A stretch of DNA of 64,000 bases from a virus. This document shows positions 46,277 through 55,762 of the stretch, in pieces. The position numbers were made by a program, and so were the translations under genes. The notes under the pieces are model-generated. The model was not told the DNA's origin. It searched no databases and saw nothing but the letters and a program-made list of their open reading frames with translations. Numbering within the stretch: the first letter of the stretch is position 1; each line of letters starts with the position of its first letter. The DNA lies in IMG/VR virus record IMGVR_UViG_3300003322_000266, positions 10,294 to 74,293 of that record. One strand, 5' to 3'.

Positions 46277-46812
46277 TGCTGAGCTCCATTCACGTTCGGA
46301 CGATCGGGTTGGGCGGGCATGCCTTCACGGCTGACCGTGCCTGCTGGCTGAGCGATGACCCAAGCCCACACGGCGTCACGCCACTGGGCCAGGGCTCGAC
46401 CTTCAGCCGCGAATTGCGGATTTGCCGACGTTGACCACGTGGTCGCGTTGTCGATGCCCTTGTCGTAGCCCCATTCGCGAGCCACGTAGTCGAGTGCGTT
46501 GTTGACTCGATCGTTCAGCAGCTTGGCTGCTTGTTCGTTGGTCAGGGGCGGCGCATCGACCCAGGCGGGATCGCCGTTCGCGTCGACTCCGAGAACCTTG
46601 GTCTTCGGGGGATTCGCGCTGAAGGTTGCGAACTGCTCGTCGGTCAGGAGCCTCACGTCCGAGGGCCAGCCGGTGCCGGCCACGTAGCGATCCTTCCACC
46701 GCAAGCGATAGATCGCGAGCTTCGACGGCGACCAATACATCGGATCGCCGATGATGAGGTCGAGAGGTGTGTTCTGGTCTTGCACGACCGGCGTGTTGTC
46801 AGTGTCTGCCAT
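46273..46812 (-). CDS. Tail fibre assembly chaperone (Tfa-like)
   Basis: WPSDVRLLTDEQF...LGVDANGDPAWVDAPP...QWRDAVW. Confidence 0.8.
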   Translation of the reverse strand: MADTDNTPVVQDQNTPLDLIIGDPMYWSPSKLAIYRLRWKDRYVAGTGWPSDVRLLTDEQFATFSANPPKTKVLGVDANGDPAWVDAPPLTNEQAAKLLNDRVNNALDYVAREWGYDKGIDNATTWSTSANPQFAAEGRALAQWRDAVWAWVIAQPAGTVSREGMPAQPDRPNVNGAQQ

Positions 46813-46821
46813 CTTGATTCC

Positions 46822-47388
46822 TTAGTGACCCCAGGCGAACATGAAGCCCGTGTTGCCGCCGTTGTTGACCGTGACCGTCGATGCAGTCGGCGGAGACGCA
46901 GCCGAGATCGACAGAATGCGGGAGCTGTCGCCCGAAGCGCAGACAGCTCCGAGGCATCCGGTTGGGAAGGCGGGACTGATGCTGAGTGCGAGATCGGAAC
47001 CGCCGCCAGGACACGTGAACGTCCGCCAGTGGAAGATGAGGCCGCCCTTGATGTCCGCGTAGCCGCTGGCCGTCAGGTTGTTGACGAAGTCCGCGTTGTA
47101 GGCGCTGGTCGTCACGTAGGAACCGGCCACGTTGTTCGCGATCTGCTGCACGGCATCGCCGAGCTGCGCCCAGTTGTTGTTGTCGATCGAGAGTCCCGAC
47201 TTGACGATGACCGATGCGACCTGGAGCAACAGCCGGTTGTAGATCTCTGCCACGTTGTTGGTCGACGTGGAAGGACCTGAGCCGTTGGTTGCACCCGTGT
47301 GCGTCGTATTCAGAGGACTCGAGGTCGTGGCGCCAGGTGTGAACGCTGCCGTGACCCCGATGCCAGGGATGAAACTGATGAGATCCAA
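46822..47388 (-). CDS. Tail fibre/collar protein with gp53-like C-terminal domain
   Basis: LASVIVKSGLSIDNNNWAQL..A; GYADIKGGLIFHW...FP..C. Confidence 0.7.
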   Translation of the reverse strand: MDLISFIPGIGVTAAFTPGATTSSPLNTTHTGATNGSGPSTSTNNVAEIYNRLLLQVASVIVKSGLSIDNNNWAQLGDAVQQIANNVAGSYVTTSAYNADFVNNLTASGYADIKGGLIFHWRTFTCPGGGSDLALSISPAFPTGCLGAVCASGDSSRILSISAASPPTASTVTVNNGGNTGFMFAWGH

Positions 47389-47400
47389 GGTAGTGCTCCT

Positions 47401-48306
47401 TTAAGGCCAGCGGGCCTCGTCGATGTGGGTCAGGGGTTGGCCCATGCCACCCTGCGCGATTGCGATGCCGTTGACATCCGTTGCGCCACCCGTCCATCCA
47501 CCTACCTTGGAGTGATAGAGGATCGGGTAGTTGGGCGTCTGCCCGCTGAAGGTCGGATTCCAGAGACCACCTGCCAGCATGATGTTGGCGAACGTGTCAC
47601 TGTCTTCGGTCACGATCTTGTAGACCAGTGACACCGAGATCGCGTACAGCACGAGGTTGTAGTTGCAAATCTCATAGAAGAACTTGCCGAGCGTGATCGG
47701 ATCGACAGGGTAGTCGATCGGCATTGTGATCAGCACGTGCGTCGTCTGGAAGTACGGACCGGGAGGTGAATCCCAGATGTACTGGCCTTCGAGACTCGGA
47801 TTCGGAATCACGAATGACTCGTAGTCCGTACTCACCAGAGGACTGATCTGGAGACCAGCCCCGAGGCAGAAGTTCAGAAAGTCGATGGCTGCATTCTTGC
47901 CCTTACCGAACCAGTATGAGCCGAGGAACTTCGCGATTGCACGGTAGCCAGTCTCTGAGACGACGCCGGCTGCTGCCAGCTTCATACCCAGGAGGTTGAC
48001 CTGCTGGACGATGACGGCTCGTTCTGGACCACCCCAGTCCAGGAACGAGATCATCTCGCCAGCTTCGACCTTGGCTTCCATCGCCCTGGTGCTGACCCAC
48101 ATGTTTCGGATCTGGGACAGAGCATCGATCTTGGCCTCGACCAGGTAGTCGAACTGTCGATCGATCGAGTCTGCGTACTCGACGAAGTACGGGTTGGTTG
48201 CGAGGTACGGCGCGAGCAGGATCGACTTCGGCAGCTTGACGAAGGCTCGCCTGTTCAGCGCCCCGGACGAGAACGGTAGGTCGGTTGTGTAGGTGTAGAC
48301 GGTCAT
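47401..48306 (-). CDS. Baseplate wedge subunit (gp7/gpI-like)
   Basis: Position after the J-like gene; YWFGKGK..AIDFLNFCLG. Confidence 0.55.
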   Translation of the reverse strand: MTVYTYTTDLPFSSGALNRRAFVKLPKSILLAPYLATNPYFVEYADSIDRQFDYLVEAKIDALSQIRNMWVSTRAMEAKVEAGEMISFLDWGGPERAVIVQQVNLLGMKLAAAGVVSETGYRAIAKFLGSYWFGKGKNAAIDFLNFCLGAGLQISPLVSTDYESFVIPNPSLEGQYIWDSPPGPYFQTTHVLITMPIDYPVDPITLGKFFYEICNYNLVLYAISVSLVYKIVTEDSDTFANIMLAGGLWNPTFSGQTPNYPILYHSKVGGWTGGATDVNGIAIAQGGMGQPLTHIDEARWP

Positions 48307-50540
48307 GACGTAGCATCACGAATCGGGAACAGGGCATCCGACTGACGGTTCGAGTACTGAACGTTGACGTTCAGGTTCCCGAGGCCGTTGTAGCGAATGA
48401 GCGTGTTCGAGGCACCACCGACTGGCAGCGGCGTCGGGTCCGAACCACCGACGTCCAGGTAGTGGCGCTGGAAGCCATCGAGGGAGGCAATGATTCCCAG
48501 GTGTCCCGGGCGTCGACCCCAAACGTTGTACCTGACCGCGTTCGAGATCGGATCGTTGGCCCAGTCGATGATGATGTAGGAGCCGGAGGCCGTGACCTGG
48601 GGTTGCACCCAGTTCGTCGGGACGCCGATGTCCATGATGCCCACCGTCGAAGAGGCCGTGACCAGAGTCCAGCTGGTGCCCGGAGGATCGCCGCTGATGA
48701 TCTGATCGCCGACACCGACTGCCCAGTTCAGACCACCCGGATCGATGTGACCCGCGCGGTTCACGATCCAGTATTGTCCGGCTGCAGTCGCACCTGTCGG
48801 AAAGCCTGGGGCCGTTGACGCATCGATGAGACCGATGAAGAGCGGGCTCGGACTCGGCGCATCGACCGACACTGCGTAGTCGTAGATCTGTGGTGTCAGA
48901 CTGCCGCCGGTTCCGAAGATCGTGTAGGTGATGTTCGGACTCAGGGGCGCCGTGACGCGCATCGGACCCGTCGGCTTGTTCACCACCACGTAGCTGATCT
49001 GGCCGGGTGCAGCGTTGCGTGCCGTCTGCGCGATGTCGTCAGGCACGAGGTCGGTCATGAGCAGACCGGCACGTGGCGCGAACAGGTTCTGGATCGCCTT
49101 GGTGACTCGCGTCTGCACATCGGCCAGGCTGTTCACCGAGTTGTAGCAGTAGATCGAAACGTCCACGTCATTGACAACCTCGACAGGCGCCTGCCAGACG
49201 AAGCGCGTGCTGTACATGGAGACCGACTGCAGGTACGCGAAGTACTCGTCGATCTGAGCCTGCGTCCAGCTCGAAGTCGTGAGAGCCGAGACGCGGATCA
49301 CGTTCATCCACTCGAGAGCAGCAGGGTTGATCTCACGCTGGGCTTGGGTCACGGAGTCGACAACTCCGGGATAGTCTGCGACGATCGCAGCGTACTGAGC
49401 CTTCGTGACCGCGGAACTGAAGGTGCCGAACGAGCCAGCCGCGAAGTTCTTGTACGCGAACGTTGGCTTCTCGTCAGCACCGCCCGATGGGTTCTGAACG
49501 AAGACGCCGCTGACATTGGAGATCGACGAGCCGCTGATCTTGACGCCGGTCAGGTTCGAGCCATTGAGCGTTGACCCGAGAGTCTTCGCGTAAGTGATGA
49601 CGACGCTGTCGTTGACCTGCGGAACCGAGCCGTAGCCCTGGGCGCCGAACTGGATGTTGAGGCGACCATCGCTCAGGGTCGAGTCCACATACGCCTTCTG
49701 CCCCGGGTAGTTCCAGAGAGCGCCGAAGGCCTTGGTGAGGTCGATGCCGTTGATCGTGACCTTGACGTGTTGATCCGAGACCGAGAATGCATCGTCAGCA
49801 GACACCCAGGTCTGAAGGTCGGAGCCCAGGCCGTTCAGCGTCTGGGTCACGACCTGACCTTCGTGCAGCGTCACCGTGTATGGGACGTTCGCACTCATGG
49901 TCAGGGCTTCGGTGTTGAACCAGTTGTAGCCACCACCCGACAGCTGTGAGTACGGAGGCAATGTCTGGTTCACAGTCGACGTCAGAGTCGCATTCGCCGT
50001 CGCAGGCAGCTTGCGGCTCAGGCGCAGACCTTGCATGTTGACGATGGCCCTGATCGCCGAGTCGGACTGCGCGGTCTCCGGGAATGCGTCTTCGACGCCA
50101 CGGGCAATGCGACTGGTCAGGAAGGTGCCGATGGCCGACACATACTCGATGAGGGTCTGGCTGGTCTGCGTCGTCAGGCCCGAGCTCCAGGTCTGGGTCG
50201 TGCTCAGGTCAGCCTCGAACTGCGACACGAACTGCGCCTGATCGACAGTGGCATCCAGCAGGTTGATGAGGTCGAGAACCTCGAACTGGAAGACCTGCGT
50301 CACCGTCTGTGGTGTGCCTGAAGTCGAGTCCGAACCTTCGACCGTCACGGAGTAGAGGCCGAGGGTCGTCGCCGTGCCAGAGATCAGTCCCTGCGCGTTC
50401 ATGGTCAGACCTGGAGGCCAGGCGCCCGCGACCAGGGCGAAGTTGTAGGGCTGGACACCTCCCGTCAGGTTCAAGAACTGCGCGTACGCCTGGTTGATCG
50501 ACGCTGCTGGCAGGAAGTGGTCGGTGAAGTCGAGACTCAT
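48303..50540 (-). CDS. Baseplate wedge protein (gp6/gpJ-like) with N-terminal Ig domain
   Basis: AFPETAQSDSAIRAI...G.R..RK.PA...L; GGADE; AVTKAQY; N-terminal WPPGLTMNAQGLISGT. Confidence 0.8.
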   Translation of the reverse strand: MSLDFTDHFLPAASINQAYAQFLNLTGGVQPYNFALVAGAWPPGLTMNAQGLISGTATTLGLYSVTVEGSDSTSGTPQTVTQVFQFEVLDLINLLDATVDQAQFVSQFEADLSTTQTWSSGLTTQTSQTLIEYVSAIGTFLTSRIARGVEDAFPETAQSDSAIRAIVNMQGLRLSRKLPATANATLTSTVNQTLPPYSQLSGGGYNWFNTEALTMSANVPYTVTLHEGQVVTQTLNGLGSDLQTWVSADDAFSVSDQHVKVTINGIDLTKAFGALWNYPGQKAYVDSTLSDGRLNIQFGAQGYGSVPQVNDSVVITYAKTLGSTLNGSNLTGVKISGSSISNVSGVFVQNPSGGADEKPTFAYKNFAAGSFGTFSSAVTKAQYAAIVADYPGVVDSVTQAQREINPAALEWMNVIRVSALTTSSWTQAQIDEYFAYLQSVSMYSTRFVWQAPVEVVNDVDVSIYCYNSVNSLADVQTRVTKAIQNLFAPRAGLLMTDLVPDDIAQTARNAAPGQISYVVVNKPTGPMRVTAPLSPNITYTIFGTGGSLTPQIYDYAVSVDAPSPSPLFIGLIDASTAPGFPTGATAAGQYWIVNRAGHIDPGGLNWAVGVGDQIISGDPPGTSWTLVTASSTVGIMDIGVPTNWVQPQVTASGSYIIIDWANDPISNAVRYNVWGRRPGHLGIIASLDGFQRHYLDVGGSDPTPLPVGGASNTLIRYNGLGNLNVNVQYSNRQSDALFPIRDATS

Positions 50541-50959
50541 ACTGGGACCTCAAGGTCAATCGATTGGAGACCGGGGAGGTTCGGCATCACGAATGCGATG
50601 CGCACCTTGTACCCTGGGATGTTGAAGTCAGGCACGATCGAAGTGTTGGTCAGATCGAGTGTGATTCGTGGCTCCCACTTCTCGATCGCTTGCACCATGA
50701 AGGTCTCCATCTTCTGAGCCGTCATGTCGCTGATCGGTTCCTGGATGAACTGCAGCCAGATCGAGCCGTAGGTCGGCTGGAACGTCCGGGCCCTCTGTCC
50801 CGGTACGCAGTTGAAGAGGTTGCGAAGACTCGACTTCACGATCGCCAACCCGTCGGGAATCCGATCGGGCAGCGTGTTGATGCCGTAGTCTGTGTTGACG
50901 TCGATCCAGAGCGCATCGTTGAGTTGCGTCTGATAGTTCGTGGGTCCTGATCCTGCCAT
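50537..50959 (-). CDS. Baseplate wedge gp25/gpW-like protein
   Basis: SLRNLFNCVPGQR..QPTYGS...F..EP...IEKWEPRI. Confidence 0.9.
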   Translation of the reverse strand: MAGSGPTNYQTQLNDALWIDVNTDYGINTLPDRIPDGLAIVKSSLRNLFNCVPGQRARTFQPTYGSIWLQFIQEPISDMTAQKMETFMVQAIEKWEPRITLDLTNTSIVPDFNIPGYKVRIAFVMPNLPGLQSIDLEVPV

Positions 50960-50969
50960 TGATACTCCT

Positions 50970-51779
50970 TTAGACCGGGATGCCCGTCAGGCCGCCCGAC
51001 AACGTACCGCCATGGTGGACGTGAGTGCTGCCGATGTCGTGGCCGTTGACCAACATCGCGCCAGTGATGGTGATGCCTGCAGTCATTGCAGCCATGGTGT
51101 CGAAGACGGCGCCGCCGGTGACGATCAGTGATCCAGGCATGAAGACATTGCCACCCGACTGCGAGATCGTCACACCGTTGATGTTGGTGTTGCCGTTGAC
51201 CGTGAAGTTGCCGTCGATCGTCGTCTGCGGACTCACGAAGTGGATGTTCGAGCTCGCGTTCACCGTCAGGTCAGTGACGTTGAAGATCACGTGCGGGATG
51301 TGGAAAAACCCGTTCGTATCGTCCGGCGTCGACAGTGTGAAATTGCCGCTTGGATCTACGTCCAAGTCGTAGCCGCCACCCGTCGTGAAGTGCCACTCCT
51401 TGCCGGTCACCACCAGCTTGTTGCCGGCCGGGTCCTTGAAGCCCCAGGTCGTGCCTGACGGGAACTCCGACGGATTGGCGAAGCACTGGATGTGCATGTA
51501 CATCGGGTAGTGCGGATCGCCACCTTGAAGCGCGACCGCAACGTCAGAGCCAACGGCAGGGGTGCCGAAGACTCCGTAGCCTGATCCGAAGCCGAAGGGG
51601 CTGATCTTGCACGGACCGATCCACGGGATGTCGCCGAGGTCTGGATCGTAGAGACCAGGCACCGTTGCCTGAATGCGATCCAGGTTCAGTGGATCGACGT
51701 TGGTCTTGACCTTGCCCTTGAACCACTTGTCGCCGTTCGAGTCGACGAGGAATAGCGCGTTGTTGAGAGTGTCGAACAT
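50970..51779 (-). CDS. Baseplate central spike (gp5/gpV-like)
   Basis: G.V....DP.NLDRI...VPGL...PW..P; P.VGSDV.V..QGGD...P; beta-helix repeats; tip HVHHG. Confidence 0.9.
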   Translation of the reverse strand: MFDTLNNALFLVDSNGDKWFKGKVKTNVDPLNLDRIQATVPGLYDPDLGDIPWIGPCKISPFGFGSGYGVFGTPAVGSDVAVALQGGDPHYPMYMHIQCFANPSEFPSGTTWGFKDPAGNKLVVTGKEWHFTTGGGYDLDVDPSGNFTLSTPDDTNGFFHIPHVIFNVTDLTVNASSNIHFVSPQTTIDGNFTVNGNTNINGVTISQSGGNVFMPGSLIVTGGAVFDTMAAMTAGITITGAMLVNGHDIGSTHVHHGGTLSGGLTGIPV

Positions 51780-52889
51780 TCAGGACCCCAATCCATTCTT
51801 GACCGCAACGATCTTCTCGTTGTAGGTCGTTCCCTGGATGATGATGATCTTGTCCCTGACCGTGTACTCGCCGTTGTACTGCGTCGAGTCGGAGTCGGCA
51901 GGCAGCGCCAGGTTGAAGTTATCGAACGGCTCCCAGCTGGTCTGGAACGGAAAGAGGAACTCTCCGGTCAGGCTATTCAGCAGGTTGTACCGTGCGTTCT
52001 GATAGCGAGCACGCTCGTAGTTGTCGTGGACATTGCCCCAGTCGATGTGACCGTAGCTGACGCCACCACGTTTCATCCTCGTCCGCACGTCCTGGCTCAG
52101 GAGCGGATACTTCGCATCCGGCGTGAAGCTCAGCTCGTCCTCCAGATTGTCCACCGAGGACCCAGAGTCCTTGATCGTCTGGACGTAGCGACTGTGCATG
52201 TAGCCACCGACGTGGTTGTTGGTGCCCGAGTACGTCTTCGGCGTGAAGTCGGTGATCATCAGGAAGTCGCCCTGTCCCGAAGGCGTGTAACCGACCGTGA
52301 TCTTCGGCTCCGGATTGTTGTTGACGTCCACGTACAGCATGGAGCCGAGACTGGAGACAGCCAGCGCCATGTGACTCGTGTCCGAGATGTAGCCTGCGCG
52401 TGCCACCGACTTCGCGAACTCGGCCCAGGTCTTGTTGGCAGGCATCCACAGCATCGAGTCTGCAGTGTTGTCGTTGCCTGCATCGTAGATCAGGCCGGTC
52501 TCGCCGCAAATCTGTTCCAGCACTTGAGAGCTCGTGCCCTTCATGCCTGCGCAGCTGCTGCCCACCCAGTAGCGAGGAGCGTCCCAGTAGCACTCGATGT
52601 AGTAGACGAAACCCTGAGGAGCAGGAGCACGCGTCCACGAATGGACGCGATAGTTACGCGTCAGAGAGGTCGTGCTGTTGAGCTGCACCGTGATCTGCGC
52701 ACCGTCCTGCAGTCCGTAGAACTGCATCTGGTTCAGGGTGTCCACGAAGTCGAGGGTCAGGGTCGGCAACGACTGCAGGCTCGAAGCGCGGATGTGCAAC
52801 GAGCGCAAGCCGTTGCCTACGTCGAGCGGAAACTCCCGGCCGGCGATGAAGATCGCGGCCGTTACTTGGTCGTTGACGCGGAATGTCAT
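51780..52889 (-). CDS. Baseplate hub (gp27/gpD-like)
   Basis: Size and position between the LysM-like gene and the spike. Confidence 0.6.
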   Translation of the reverse strand: MTFRVNDQVTAAIFIAGREFPLDVGNGLRSLHIRASSLQSLPTLTLDFVDTLNQMQFYGLQDGAQITVQLNSTTSLTRNYRVHSWTRAPAPQGFVYYIECYWDAPRYWVGSSCAGMKGTSSQVLEQICGETGLIYDAGNDNTADSMLWMPANKTWAEFAKSVARAGYISDTSHMALAVSSLGSMLYVDVNNNPEPKITVGYTPSGQGDFLMITDFTPKTYSGTNNHVGGYMHSRYVQTIKDSGSSVDNLEDELSFTPDAKYPLLSQDVRTRMKRGGVSYGHIDWGNVHDNYERARYQNARYNLLNSLTGEFLFPFQTSWEPFDNFNLALPADSDSTQYNGEYTVRDKIIIIQGTTYNEKIVAVKNGLGS

Positions 52890-52896
52890 GGCTGTC

Positions 52897-53238
52897 CTAG
52901 ATGGTCAGGGTCGCATTCTGAGTCGCAGCCGTGGCAGCGAAGAAGGCATCGAGGCTGCTCTTGTTCGGCAACCCGATCTGTGCACCGACGCAAATGTCGT
53001 TCAGCGGATCGTTGAGGCCGTTGAAGTACAGGATCGCTCGCCAGTAGGCCTGGTCTCCATAGTAGTCGAAGGCCAGGCCCGGCAGGTTCGCTTCGTACTT
53101 CGCATCGATGGTGATCACCTTGTCGATGGTCGCCGAGTACCGCATGTTGTTGTACTGCGAGTTCAGAATGTCGATGTCAGTCTTGCCGTTGTACAGGGTC
53201 TGCAACGGCGTCACGGTCGAATAGTCAGGGATGCTCAT
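52897..53238 (-). CDS. LysM/tail-X (gp53-like) baseplate protein
   Basis: LPGLAFDYYGDQAYWRAILYFNGLNDP...GAQIGLP. Confidence 0.8.
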   Translation of the reverse strand: MSIPDYSTVTPLQTLYNGKTDIDILNSQYNNMRYSATIDKVITIDAKYEANLPGLAFDYYGDQAYWRAILYFNGLNDPLNDICVGAQIGLPNKSSLDAFFAATAATQNATLTI

Positions 53239-53245
53239 CGTCGCC

Positions 53246-54223
53246 TCACAGGTTCGGAGTCGTGCTGTTGCCGATGGCGTTGATCGCGTTCGCGTTGCCA
53301 ATGAAGAAGCGAGCTTGCGCGGTCTGGAGGATCGACTTGATGTCGTCGGTCGTCACCGTGAACATGGGTCGGAAGGTGACGACAGCCGTTGCTGACATGA
53401 CGCCACCATTGGGCCCAGGCTGTTGAGGCCTGAGCGTGTGCTGCACGTTCGTGATCACGACATTGCTCATGCGGAACCAGTCGCCGATGCGGACCTCGAT
53501 CTTGTTCTTCAACAGCGACTCAAGTTCCGACTTCGCAGCCTTGAGCTTCTGACCCGCAAAGGAACTGACCGCTGAGGCCGTGGACACACCGGCCTTGAAG
53601 TAGCCCTGGCCATCCGTCAGTGCCTTCTGTGCTTGGCTACTCGCGGTATCGATGAGTCCGGAGACGACCGAGACAGCACCTTGACCGATCTTCTTCACTG
53701 CGTCCGCGTCCAGTACAGGACCTGGGCTGCGGAGCCATCCAGTTGATGGATCGACCGACGGCACTGCCATCGCACTCAGGTTCTGCAGCGGGATCATGAC
53801 GTCACGATCGGTGTCTTGCCATGCGCGGAACTCGATGGGAATCGTGAAGTCGAAGTCGTTACCGGACCCCTGCCAGACTTGGAGAGTCTGGACTTGAGCC
53901 AGCAGGCGAGTGCCCATCGTGACAGCCAGAAGATCGGAGATCGTGCCGTCACCAGCCAGACCTGCTCCCCATGGCGCCTTCCAGTTCACCTGCTGATCCA
54001 TCGTCAACTCTTCCGGCGCTTGGCCAACGACGATGATCGGCTGACCTTGCGTACCGATGGTTGCAATGTCCTGTGCCTGAGTGATCTGCACCAGATACTT
54101 GCGGTTCGCCGTGAGCAGCATCGGATCAGTAGATCCTGAGGCTGAGTCGCCAGTCCGCAGCGACTGCTTCGCATTGGCCAGGGTCGCACGTGCGGCCTGT
54201 GTCCACTGTGAAAGGATGCCCAT
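53246..54223 (-). CDS. Tail tube initiator (gp48-like)
   Basis: QVWQGS...F..PIEF; IEVRIGDWF....VVITNV...; position in the module. Confidence 0.55.
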   Translation of the reverse strand: MGILSQWTQAARATLANAKQSLRTGDSASGSTDPMLLTANRKYLVQITQAQDIATIGTQGQPIIVVGQAPEELTMDQQVNWKAPWGAGLAGDGTISDLLAVTMGTRLLAQVQTLQVWQGSGNDFDFTIPIEFRAWQDTDRDVMIPLQNLSAMAVPSVDPSTGWLRSPGPVLDADAVKKIGQGAVSVVSGLIDTASSQAQKALTDGQGYFKAGVSTASAVSSFAGQKLKAAKSELESLLKNKIEVRIGDWFRMSNVVITNVQHTLRPQQPGPNGGVMSATAVVTFRPMFTVTTDDIKSILQTAQARFFIGNANAINAIGNSTTPNL

Positions 54224-54233
54224 CTTGATGTCC

Positions 54234-55760
54234 TCAAGTTGCCAGTTTCAAAATGCCGGCCTTGGCCTGCACGAATGTCGTATCAGCTCCAGCTGTCTGG
54301 GTCCCGATCGGTGTCTCGCGTGACGCTACCTGCTGACCCTTGCTCAGACCCGGAAGGTAGAGACCAGGATCAACTGGGGCACTTGCGCTCATCGGCTGGA
54401 CTTCGAAGTGCAAGTGTGCGCCTGTCGAGATGCCAGTCGATCCCATGGTGCCGATGCGCTGCCCAGCGACAACGGAGTCGCCCTTGTTGACAGCGAAGGA
54501 TGCCATGTGACCGTATCGGGTTCGGAATCCTTGATGCTGAAGTTGGATGAAATTGCCGTAGGAGTTGGAGACTCGGCGGTCTTCAACCACACCATCAGCC
54601 GCGGCCAGGATCGGAGTCCCGGTCGTGCCTGCGATGTCAACCCCTTGGTGTTCGGTTGATGCACCCTCGGTCGGCTTCTCACGATGACCGAACGGACTGG
54701 AGACTGTGCCCGATGCTGGATAGACGAGTCGAATCTCGGAGCTGACAGCAGCCTGCACTTGATCCTTGTAGCCGTTGGCCGCGAAGGCTAGAGCTTGTCG
54801 TGCTGCCTCTGCGATCTGCGCGTCAGTGTACGGGTTCGATCCATTCTCTTGCCAGATGATGGCCTGCATCATGAGCTCGAGCGTCTTCAAGTCGGCCAAG
54901 TCCAGCTTCTGGTCTGCCCCAACACCCATGCGCCGAGACACAGCGACCACGTACTGGTCAGTGTCATTCTCGTTTCGTGGAGCCCAGGTCTCGACCATGG
55001 ACCTGACCGTGTCTTTGCCACGACTGTAGTTCAGCTCGATCTGTCGGCCCATGTTGTACAGGCCTTGACCTTGCGTCGCAAACTGCGCGAAGTGTCCGCT
55101 CTCTGGCAATGCGCCTGGCTGGTGTGCGTAGACGAGATTGCCCGGGTTGTTGTTGCGGATACCTTGAGCTGCACCGGCTGGAAGCTTAACCTCGGGCTGC
55201 TCTGAGGTTGGGGCAAGGCTGACCTCGAACTTCTGTTCCTTGGCTTCACCCTCGTACTTACCAGCCTTCCAGTCGGACCAACGCTTGTAGAGGTAGGCGC
55301 CGCCAGCGACGACGCCAGCCACAGCCAGGCCCTCGGGCGTGAAGACTAGCGGTAGGACAGCGCTGATCGCAGCCACGGAGATGCTGAACATCGGGATCAC
55401 CACAGTCTCGATGGCGAAGGGAATGAAGGTGAAGAGCCCTTCGCACAGCGTCTCGATCGCAGTCGAGACACCGGCCTTTGCGGCCTGCATCAGGCTCTCC
55501 ATCGCTTCGCTCTCTTGCGCTTCGAGCGCGATCTTGGGCACTGTCTTGTCGCGGTTGGCGACCATGACTGCGTGCTTGATCTTCTTGAAGCTCGAGTTCA
55601 GATAGCGCTTCTGACTGATCGCCTTTCCATTCCTCATTACGTCACCGATCGACACGACCAGACCAGCGACGGCAGTCGGGGCCACAAGGGCCATTGCGGC
55701 CTCTGTACCCAGCATGGCTTGCCGTCGCTGCTTGATCTGGATCATGTCAATGATGTTCAT
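54234..55760 (-). CDS. Tail-associated peptidoglycan hydrolase: lysozyme-like domain + M23 peptidase
   Basis: GIRNNNPGNL...WAPRNENDT..Y...AII..ENG; M23 motifs HQGVD, YGH, TGAHLHFEV. Confidence 0.85.
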   Translation of the reverse strand: MNIIDMIQIKQRRQAMLGTEAAMALVAPTAVAGLVVSIGDVMRNGKAISQKRYLNSSFKKIKHAVMVANRDKTVPKIALEAQESEAMESLMQAAKAGVSTAIETLCEGLFTFIPFAIETVVIPMFSISVAAISAVLPLVFTPEGLAVAGVVAGGAYLYKRWSDWKAGKYEGEAKEQKFEVSLAPTSEQPEVKLPAGAAQGIRNNNPGNLVYAHQPGALPESGHFAQFATQGQGLYNMGRQIELNYSRGKDTVRSMVETWAPRNENDTDQYVVAVSRRMGVGADQKLDLADLKTLELMMQAIIWQENGSNPYTDAQIAEAARQALAFAANGYKDQVQAAVSSEIRLVYPASGTVSSPFGHREKPTEGASTEHQGVDIAGTTGTPILAAADGVVEDRRVSNSYGNFIQLQHQGFRTRYGHMASFAVNKGDSVVAGQRIGTMGSTGISTGAHLHFEVQPMSASAPVDPGLYLPGLSKGQQVASRETPIGTQTAGADTTFVQAKAGILKLAT

Positions 55761-55762
55761 GG

